A stretch of 44,295 nt of DNA from Rhizaria sp. SCN 62-66 (Eukaryota): contig MEDY01000253.1 in assembly GCA_001724265.1 (NCBI GenBank), positions 1 through 44,295 on the forward strand. The letters run 5' to 3'. The translations under genes and the position numbers were made by a program. This document shows positions 19,201-23,299 of the stretch, one piece after another (positions within the stretch are counted from its first letter, which is position 1; each line of letters starts with the position of its first letter). The notes below the pieces were generated by a model. It was not told where the DNA came from. It did not search any database and worked only from the letters and a program-made list of their open reading frames with translations.

Positions 19201-21488
19201 GCATCATCGCCACCTACTCCACCATCTCTGCGCATTCCACGTCGGCCACCGCACGCTTCGCCATCCGCAAGGTCGCCTTTGTGCAGCGCTACCGCGCTGC
19301 CTTCGAGCGCGACTTCCTGCCCCCGCGCGCTGTGACGCGTCTGCGCCACCAGCTGCAGGCCGCTATCTACGCGCTTGCCGTCGATGTTCAGGCCTCCACG
19401 GCCGCGCTTGAGGCTACGCAGCGCGAGTGTGTCAATGCCAACAAGGCCGTCACCGATGCCGACGCCGCGCTTAAGGCGGCCCTCGACGCGACCGCTGCTG
19501 CAGCCGCTGCTGCCGCTACCGCTGCGCCGTTGCCCGCAGCCGCCAACGCTATGACTGACGCCGACGCGCCCGCTAAGGCTGCGGCAACTGCGCCGGTCAG
19601 CCCGCCTGCTATCGAAGCTGCTGCTGCGGCCGTTGCGGCGGCGCGCAGCCAGCTTACGGCGGTCCAGGCCACGCTGGCAGCCGCGACGGCTGCACACGCG
19701 CGCGCGGACCAAGAGCACTCCGTGGCCAAGGGTAAATACGACCTCGCGGCGACGTCACAGCCGCACACGGTGCTGACGCCGCGCATGCTGCAGAGCCCGC
19801 TGATGGACGCCGGCCGCTCGCGCGCCGAGGCGGAGCAGGATGCCGCGCAGGCGCCGCCCAACTCGCGCTTTCCGATGACGACGACGGAGCTGGTGGACCG
19901 CATGCGCGTGTGGCGCGCACACATGGAGCGCAACGTGCGTTCGCCCGGACGCGCCGAGTTCCCACTCGAGCGCACGGCACCGTATCTGGTCACGTTCACG
20001 TCGTACGACGTCGAGGTGCCTTCGCGTTTCATCGAGCACGCGTTCACGCGTGACGCCGCTGAGGACGCGGGCGCTAAGGACGCCTCGCTGGGCGTGGGCT
20101 CGGCGCGCCCCATTATGTCGCGCCTGGAGCCTACGGTGAACGTGATCCTGTCGCACGGACTCTCGCGCCGCCGCATCGGCTTTGTCTCTGCCACGGGCTC
20201 GCGCCACTACTTCATGATTGGCTCCTGCTCGTTCTACTCGGGCCACAACTCGTTCCGCAACATGCAGATGTTCTCGCTGCTCAATAACATCTTGAGCCAC
20301 CACAAGGAGTCGCGCCGCCGCCACATCACACTTGAGGTGCCACTGATGGTGCAGCTCATGCCGCGCATTGAGCTGCTGGGCACGGATCTCACCACGACCA
20401 CGCTCGAGGCGGTGTACGAGCAGTGGTGCGCCACATTCGCGCACCGCCAGCGCCTGCAGCAGCAGCGCCGCCTCGCGCGCCTCGGTCTCGTCCGCCCCAC
20501 CACGGCGGGCTTCGAGGCGCAGAGCTTCGCCGGCGCCGCCATGCCGGGCCAGGTGTGGGAGCGCGACTCGCCGCTGCTGCTGTACCGCTCCGTGCTGCGC
20601 AACGCGCTGGGCTCGGCGGACCCGCGCACGTCGACGATCGCGCCCGACATCGAGTCTCTGATGACAATGCGCTGGTTCGAGCTCGTCTCCTCGTCGCCTG
20701 CCATGCCCGACTCGATCCTGGCACGCTACTTGTCGCGCTGCGTCGGCACGGGCTCGGGCATCGGCGGCGGCAAGCTCGCCGCGCTGGCGTGCGGCCTCGC
20801 GGGCGGGTCCAACGCCTCGGTGCTGGGCTACGACCTCACCGTCACCGGCGCCACCAACACGGGCGTCACCAACCTGGAGCACCTGTGGGCGTTCAAGAAG
20901 TCGCTGGGCACGCAGCTGGGCCTCACGGGATACCTGGGCTACCTGTTTAAGATCGGCGACCGCTCTCCGCACAAGCTGCACATCCACATGAGCTCGGGCC
21001 GCGTCCACTACGACGAGTTCGCGCCAATCTACAACGACCAGCACATGGTGGAGCTGCCCGAGAAGGAGAAGGTGTCGATGCGTCTCACGCGCAACCTCAC
21101 GTCGGCGCTGCCGCCTTTCTTCGTCGACGGCGTGCTGTCGGCCGTCATCTCCGCCACCAACAGCTGCCTCGTCGCGAACACGTCGTTCCTCAACGGCTAT
21201 CTATCGCTCTTTATGCGCGACGACCTTGTCGTGTGGACGCTCTACTGCCAAACGCTGGTGCAGAGCGCGAGCCACATGAGCTCGTTCTCGCAGCGCACGC
21301 GTCTGCTCGACGGACTCAAGGTTGTCATCACTGCCAACGTCGCTTCAACGATCCGCCGTATCTCGGGCCTCGTTCCCGAGCGCCGACGCACCGGCGCGCA
21401 GAACCACAGCGTTGACAACATCATCTCTACCAGCACATCCAAGCGCATCCTCGCCACCATGCCTCCAGTCTGGTTCCCCGCACTCTAA
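4224..21488 (+). CDS. TRRAP: Transformation/transcription domain-associated protein TRRAP/Tra1 (PIKK-family pseudokinase; SAGA/NuA4 subunit), 5754 aa, one uninterrupted ORF
   Basis: Tra1-type N-terminal HEAT motifs (HRIRNGVLEVLSQLP, DNEENALLAVKII, RRDLLMSMRHVL, VGKLGGRAR), WIKWTKR, FAT region (LSERDMWAGLWR, LNQWDVL, WRDRVPNSWDD, WLPQLVSAI), PIKK-like domain (RRRIGFVSATGSRHYF; IGDRSPHK; MRLTRNL; LFMRDDL) and FATC end MPPVWFPAL*. First ATG at 4224; the ORF track starts at GTG 4215. Confidence 0.93.
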   Translation: MSSNPGSGGAPPPSDPNAAAAAAAYAQQVAQQQQQQQHHLQQQQAAAAAAAAAASASQSQQAAAGAGVPQQQQYAVPSASPTASGSQTGTVMTGMTQAQFAALTPAQQQQYAAYYRQQHQQQQMAAAAAAEAAAAASGAPTGSAPAGSYPAAAPGSAAATAAYPAGYSAAPGAAPAAGSLTSQQLAAYQAQQQQAQAQAQQAQYASYSAAQGQYSQAQAHAQYQQQQPSAGAPQSAAVGQQQPQQQQYAAAAAPAGGYAAQPAGAPAAPAATHYYAAAPAAATSAAAPVAYAQQQPQQQPQQAAAMTQQQQQQQQAAAAQHAQQQQQQQQAAAAAAAAAAAAGAPRSAMPVPLPRPTPLTPWLLAGVAAQQQVPQPSLSAQLAHVIMQQAAARPPAPGTPAEAVQLEHHALAKALCAPLPAPGNDTEAHAAYWTALRARLDVIARLKESVDIIHSTHYDVFLREMFPAMVRVLGTLPPQLFCTAQHRIRNGVLEVLSQLPCTDVLRDYALDMFRLAMHVLSHDNEENALLAVKIITELTRAYTSHVAVELHGLLNVLLATYNSAEGAYALAFAPETMATVKASADAQAEYVAAHTPAINAVFTAASAAAAASAAGVAASDGIDAAAVITAETRLIAPSLFSFKVIYELPGLLVMICNADSSLTPRMYSEFPASIIVALERAPPAAPPASALVSVAAATAYRRSVVDFLQAQCKCLSFLTMLLNHPPEALVAHARVFTTALLTLLRACPGEAQSVRRDLLMSMRHVLSHVDFRSHLVLHMNEFLLEWMLVGPPTATPTVRNHALMVIHEFVSAARKAQNELSLEQVTRIVYLLTRGLHDASTPLHTQMMLLRQLGSLARDAVTARNTAVQTAAKAAAAAAAAAAAIGADPAADPAAGADAASGPDGKPVASTGAASGPVALARAAAAKAASDAAAVEEHVQNLIIKILYTMVTKLEAIKALVPTVLVRLMATETHNLLRTSEATAAAEVAAEAPNTPMAALAGGQAAADVVKTPLPYHWDRTADDDVAQSDAATHSPRQAIAHAPVAAVKELQQLFCIALVSAAPVLQMATMGVVSVAGLTAAGALPAPKSRRLEEPEIQLVHRLVSASLSIFALYIPTTTYRPEDGLALSPLTGLAPGSLPESDEMQAMRYLSEIFRVLDPRTFRDVLTAQLPLIFNAQIDLRLLPMFQLLPTFCSMPSILAAVFMQTVTGFLLSHMDQMAVPMSQSPQATAVMLVLRVVLNVLTMFNEAPVPFRPFFPLIVSQCVKMCATHHYGTQFVQALRYFFRFTNVAKFALLSKELVPLLPDLTHALMALATAPAGTTNVLPEQYAELILTLPTNVHNILPNFAVHVRAAIIALRGRDDNIVRIALRNIDSWLDHLTPDFVFPYLANDLGVFTRLVCAQMRPSTSGGECSTLAQLIVGKLGGRARHFLGEALTLESEPTPDEQLPLSVTLLPGHTATLPLGTLLRTARRALEDHHTAWGMQSVPLPTLSSQIQVTTSQRHYKSSAARMIRSSLFAMLNLQAGATLSSLAALVDYAIGLDVVAAARAAPGSAGGVFLEIPRAALVPASLALAADPDKYALPKLRAPGRTAAVTSSKHEVFRRSRALLEALATERGATAGRRKGLAATVDAEVAKTAAGARAGMQKTAALRGLLPGGGHAVTRVRTDMQPAGRAVDQTFSMLTSPLEPSLSEPFSSTIGGAGVPSDRTTMSAEYLADVDAVASRVRSLAQERAFATAVAGVVLAAADGDLTQDPDVRASELAFGLTRHFAMLFATRDMNTSVLDAVTAARGTGVAPDNFYAQSPELAATATLSRLTASTDADQGFTAFLAPALFLRTLVLMVVHEARDIATTAEALLEYFMECLLVLLGPQRAMRCAAVRDLSTLALTLCQTADDRERLAGAIVCSLLVRALPSQWTCLNAVALTKALPQVYSDRETEICAAGAALATEVLVAVIAIVVADAKEFDARAELKQARAERRAAAAERKLIGAAERFSSESAAAPDASSASASAKGTKKGARGRTASSSSASASSAAADKKAMEDADADAAEESSADVLARAGMLVGSAAATAAAPARASRLQERTSVLVDALTRPFVTAVARGSAAAEKLMQLIAELSDVPLHSLVAQATEQLTLPIRNSSLVTLAMPTRIAFIGALVFGLHLDAKASVVDVSKYVMLLRQAVADVDAEDYSLSASMRTPMTANFAYNCMAFGPRTPEDPCAALASLKKLSPPQVEFSYPTTTSLGAGVSSDNSLAHPRPWLTTRLRVASIAVLGAACLHPTVQAAVIAASAHAQATSAATAAGTDAPQPLSAETVELVDLHSSATRVLFRAFSSRLPEVSAAAMDAVTALAGSHLPRELLHTCLQPALEGFSTGSPINIWLLQVVARMMHSFSSSYNAALGVRLIAHLEEYADVDSLVRMRYELARQYRDNQEKLSRAGAYSSGYYPEDEVRIVRGVLDLFPMLPWPGPGVVPTRAAVDGLLSLIQRLEATLPLMNGPGCHGSVTTSPFRPPLVRTLVLHPEVSAEALVLGWRTPALRALCVAVIAHPDARPLRAALEKYYQAHAMDALFPTTDAIATVLNAAAASTAASSSPAAASGTESKDDKDGKAKSMTDDDSSSASSSAAAAASTPTAPAASAAEVQASVHRSQLYHLETMRVLSRYNPQWLYTPPPSAPAADGSVAQPEHKAVSAVMHYWGSTDRRARMALQESWPAPATDETLWLLDLLCTAISVNPHTPSLLWHPMSVFASNTVVDLSFVHRFYQRWVSEASPALMRSALEDFTRFAELDPSPSHGYYKGTALSLVVTPILMRYATVALRNNVHSACITPEQAVAEACPPVVSTTSMPAWAGPTATAKAVYPRPLSAAAPATPPLTPPSAKTMLYLMRPAAPAVIEVLDAEPAGARAAAAAVAPGTLTQLAHALACVPAFLSESDVDGVVGTGYDGWPLSSPRETLTMEDLAALQDPALLERLLGALFHEIADPTVSPLPAETIAYAATAGPSALSVRAATTEAAHAEFSVQVLRAIVVLVEALGDAMPQQHRRVLMRYAWTALRSGRELHKAWAYVALGRFTSFYDHSSRLPMQVYVLLLKDYKVDEPARVLLRRAIDLLLPGLSVRSQSPNGRTPQWIKWTKRLVVQEHSSSDHLFHIWRVLAAHPLLFYPARSQLVLTLVNSLSRIGLSPSRSFEHRRLCIDLASLVVLWDEIALAEHKRHTAAVEHNKAVCERYRKHRDAEAANRTPAQSLTISVGADGASSAASQAATAMTDGDAAVLASSAPVRESELPAEWAAQLLVVPRAPTSLPVCITAEVDTQYSLQTIELITLFLIRFALANCHEDRMRPLGKRAVRTLNRALMLWGHLGDVRFTSIERHVSGAINGPEYTAVLSYSLDIANLLVARKLPSWTAASAASMLNLIQQCIKVNHEKFRVGLFTLCRRLVHIFPPFDAVPAVGLPLAGVDPASKQMRVPISVLLPPAMQQLYSELQDVLYQGLVNLDKSTIQTLVGMLDVLTDAAPAFIDWDALLMAVIKTLPRLMTEYTNLQQPGAQLSVEMRMFLYSLNQTIPKVVMIAQRRRTPLVTEVRKSLLMHVVHIFDSTSDADMLNPITEILSDWFIAAYPLPEGLELFPGFMPRPRLTRPYVSARVSPSVNPGAIRLTCKESLSLLVKIGRLLSHQEDSLILTFLSLLMRFFVFIELSLANSPANNVRPEWITRLQSTYMSALTCGIPGVARVFANMWHSRIGLTPFDRLNQILTIVDWDAVSNTYWLSLGVDLLLTLLDGAPVLETEAWASKALPLVSAVPSSGVPGLLPASRLAQLAVTAGAPVGPALPLTTSRAALAAAAAAPYAAPIVDVAAQTRDDTLLALRDGLELTNTAALLPAYIGLSSHLSAPAHASRTSSSIAPTPVHVPSLRDLRPARYAGDALSAARTASLVATTSASSLASAHSTVSAANGVAPSARRVDHSVATLAGTLTTLTHTPALPSLVESVRSSKPPGTGLVGPDNIGGTELLLPQVAAPPPAGMVYAPTVPAPGSFSQEAAALRLSHARALAQAERAETAALAPSVALTAQDRWSVSHRLVTRHASFLTYAAQYSTTSSLISALRSYVTCEWLVAHTLWRALFPAVWAVISESQRQHLTQSLHVLFSKEFHRKTQFERPNVVQTLVDGFYACIDRPHLLPRLSADLLRHLAVTNNVWMPIMSMLETRLVRNVHEPQVVRASAAHGHSGGFAGSHGHSMHASAADALVEIYSALSERDMWAGLWRHRLILETSRSAITYSQMGQWSQAQDHYLAAMRRYSQLLQQQMQAAPMQHIEMAPNDNLRVCTGAETRLWEDEWVRSMQHLNQWDVLSEVAAHSLVPEQQLDCAWRLGRWEMTQDIFRRYDLHESPKCKLYQLHMRLESAASALALAADPQERGKPDVARLVPTAENVQEFERISEQSLFYAIQEWQLLPTFALDAHVPMLHRLQRLVDAQESIALVADATDVRRAVISDALVDPVTKERSLLQQAAQLTSPMLAKTRRITTAWRDRVPNSWDDLLVWGDIMSWRSLLLVYLRDALPQLTLDPSLRSANGLASPTQELSWSLVRFAQAARKQGAFDTAVAALTKLAGVSSSPLIPTIPAALMPQRVQTPGAPQQPALQPLTVSEPSDMFASVSEQAKAAAAINEQVSALALVAGCRFDLVTSDAQRAEILRLRAEALKELGFGDESNLAFSSSLSVSPTYGRGWTAWGQFCDRVFALKHEPMWADNAIVCFLLGAAWRDPKALLAMPRVFWLLYTDALHHDTLKVQHTAQLEAHAAATRAAQAEGKDPPAAPLEPGTSSVAASFQRMWEQCQLSVWLGWLPQLVSAISRSEGTVLRPVLVALGMKLCPQNVYQVLRAAYFDYRETVLHMQQTSEAPPQNSVYLAAFHRTDEIIHVVREVHPLLLLQLDRISDEIARRFKAEPDEDLLPILYSVLEKCFRIGMAVPRGDGVLLSTCTSLERICHRYLTVDHQTLSIIATYSTISAHSTSATARFAIRKVAFVQRYRAAFERDFLPPRAVTRLRHQLQAAIYALAVDVQASTAALEATQRECVNANKAVTDADAALKAALDATAAAAAAAATAAPLPAAANAMTDADAPAKAAATAPVSPPAIEAAAAAVAAARSQLTAVQATLAAATAAHARADQEHSVAKGKYDLAATSQPHTVLTPRMLQSPLMDAGRSRAEAEQDAAQAPPNSRFPMTTTELVDRMRVWRAHMERNVRSPGRAEFPLERTAPYLVTFTSYDVEVPSRFIEHAFTRDAAEDAGAKDASLGVGSARPIMSRLEPTVNVILSHGLSRRRIGFVSATGSRHYFMIGSCSFYSGHNSFRNMQMFSLLNNILSHHKESRRRHITLEVPLMVQLMPRIELLGTDLTTTTLEAVYEQWCATFAHRQRLQQQRRLARLGLVRPTTAGFEAQSFAGAAMPGQVWERDSPLLLYRSVLRNALGSADPRTSTIAPDIESLMTMRWFELVSSSPAMPDSILARYLSRCVGTGSGIGGGKLAALACGLAGGSNASVLGYDLTVTGATNTGVTNLEHLWAFKKSLGTQLGLTGYLGYLFKIGDRSPHKLHIHMSSGRVHYDEFAPIYNDQHMVELPEKEKVSMRLTRNLTSALPPFFVDGVLSAVISATNSCLVANTSFLNGYLSLFMRDDLVVWTLYCQTLVQSASHMSSFSQRTRLLDGLKVVITANVASTIRRISGLVPERRRTGAQNHSVDNIISTSTSKRILATMPPVWFPAL
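4300..5250 (+). repeat. Interspersed (CAG)n and (GCC/GCG)n runs encoding poly-Gln and poly-Ala in the TRRAP N-terminal low-complexity region
   Basis: Multiple CAG runs (e.g. ~4314-4354, ~5145-5168, ~5190-5213) alternate with GCC runs. Confidence 0.85.
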
Positions 21489-22004
21489 GCAACTGCACTG
21501 TATCCAGTGCGTGCTTGACGACTGCGTATCGAGGCTCTTAGCATCTTGATAAAACACGATAACCCAAAAATCACGTTTATATATTTGTTCTCACAAGTCA
21601 TTTAAAGCATTTTATAACTAACGATATGCCAAACTGTTTATTTCTAATACATATCCACTCTACTTTTGTCTACGACACCTCATTCAACATGTTGTCTAAT
21701 TTCAATTCTTTCGCTTTTGAAGTTAAGTATGAGATGTATTTTCAAAATTTCTTTTTAAGATATTGTGCGGTGAAATCTTTAAGCGATATGAAATTTACCA
21801 TGTCGAAAATAACAAGCATTTCATACTTCTACAACGTTTTACCATGGTTATGATAAACATGATGTACAACTGCTAGGTCGAGAAGGAGCAGGGAGCGAGC
21901 CAACCAACAGTGGTCGGCAGGAGGAGGACCCTGCTTGGCTGGATCTTTCGAAGGTGAATAGGTTTCGACAAGACTGTCAGCCGACGTTTAAAGTCGTTGT
22001 GCGG

Positions 22005-22836
22005 ATGTTCTACTCGAAATGGTTAATTGTTGTTATTTTGGTGCTTCTCGCAGTCGCGGGATATGCCCAAGAGACCCATGCCCAAGGTTCCTCCTTTGTC
22101 GAGACAAAGGCTCAAGCTTCTGCGACAGCTAAGGCTCGTGCGGCCGCCCGCGCCCAAGCTAAGGCCACTGCTTACGCCAACGCATATTCTCGCGCGTACG
22201 CTCGTGCGCGGACCGAGGCGGAGGCCAAGGTGCAACGTCTGGAGGAGCAGGAGCAGCACTACATGGACGTCATTGGCCCCGAAGGCAAGATGAAGTTCGA
22301 CAACGTTCGGTACGTTCTTCCCCTCAAACCCACTATCTCAACCTTTCGTTTACCCATCTCCGCACAAACGGATACTCACCGATACGCTTTATGTCTTTTT
22401 CTTATTTTTTCAGGCGTGCGGCGACCTTCCTGTTCAGCAAGGGCCGCTACGAGGAAGGTGCAGCAATGTTCACGCGTGCTCTCGAGGTTTACAACACTGC
22501 TCTCAAGAAGCCCTTCAAGGATGTACGTACCGTTTCTCCTTCTAACATCTCTGCACCACTTTGTATTGCTTAATAGCATGCACATCATCTCACCCCCTTG
22601 TCTTTTCCTAATTGTTTTCGCTTTGTCTGCACCCCCGATCGATTCCTCCACTCTCATCCGTCCCCGCGCAGTTCGCGAACGTGGCCGCGCTGGGCACCGC
22701 GATCCAGCGGCGTGAGAAGGAGCTCCGCGTGGCGCGCACGATGCAGGCGTCGGCCGACGTCACGGCGACCAACCCTGACCAGGCCGAGACTGTGTTCCTC
22801 GAATTCCTCAAGAACACCGAGCTCCGCTCCGGCTGA
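22005..22836 (+). CDS. Secreted hypothetical protein with signal peptide, Ala-rich helix and one TPR-like helix pair; exons 22005-22309, 22414-22522, 22672-22836; 579 nt = 192 aa
   Basis: MFYSKWLIVVILVLLAVAGYA is signal-peptide-like. Two GTACGT...CAG introns join three ORF-track fragments in frame (DNVR|RAATFLFSKGRYEEGAAMFTRALEVY...KPFKD|FANVAALG...LRSG*). Confidence 0.75.
22310..22413 (+). other. Spliceosomal intron 1 of the secreted orphan gene (104 nt, phase 2)
   Basis: Donor GTACGTTC, branch-like CTCAC, poly-T tract ending TTTTTTCAG. Confidence 0.8.
22523..22671 (+). other. Spliceosomal intron 2 of the secreted orphan gene (149 nt, phase 0)
   Basis: Donor GTACGTAC, pyrimidine-rich body, acceptor GCGCAG; the frame continues to TGA at 22836. 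Confidence 0.8.
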
Positions 22837-23299
22837 GCACGCGCACATGCGTGAGTTGACTGAGAGAGCGCTTTGAGACTGGACAGAATAAGCTGTGCAA
22901 GCTGTGAGTGGTGGCACTTGCCGCGTTGCGGGCCACCTCGTGTGGATGCTTGCTTACATAGAATAGAATGACGAGAGCTGTCGTGCTCCCGATCGCATCA
23001 AATACACCCACCCCTTCATCCATTTTTCGATCATCGTGGTTACCATATTGTTATCAAATAACAGAATGTATTTTCTATACTTTTCAACATCTGCAGTGTC
23101 ACGAAGCGATTCGCTCTCAACAAAGAATGCAGGAGATAACTGTAGCACCGTTTACAGACACAACATGTCACTACTAAACTGACCGAAGAAGGGTTAAATG
23201 TAACAGATCAAACAAATTTTAAGCAAAATACACCACAAAATCGAAATTCATTCTATACTTTCACTTCGCTGTTTCTTGCTTTAACAACTCACACTAGCC

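Noticed and set aside
21954..21980. Possible 27-nt 5'UTR mini-intron (AAG|GTGAAT...TGTCAG) before the orphan gene
   Set aside because: Much shorter than the other introns (104-158 nt), with no pyrimidine tract or branch site.
21954..22715. 253-aa ORF-track call for the orphan gene
   Set aside because: Reads through intron 1 and drifts off-frame; replaced by the 3-exon 192-aa model.
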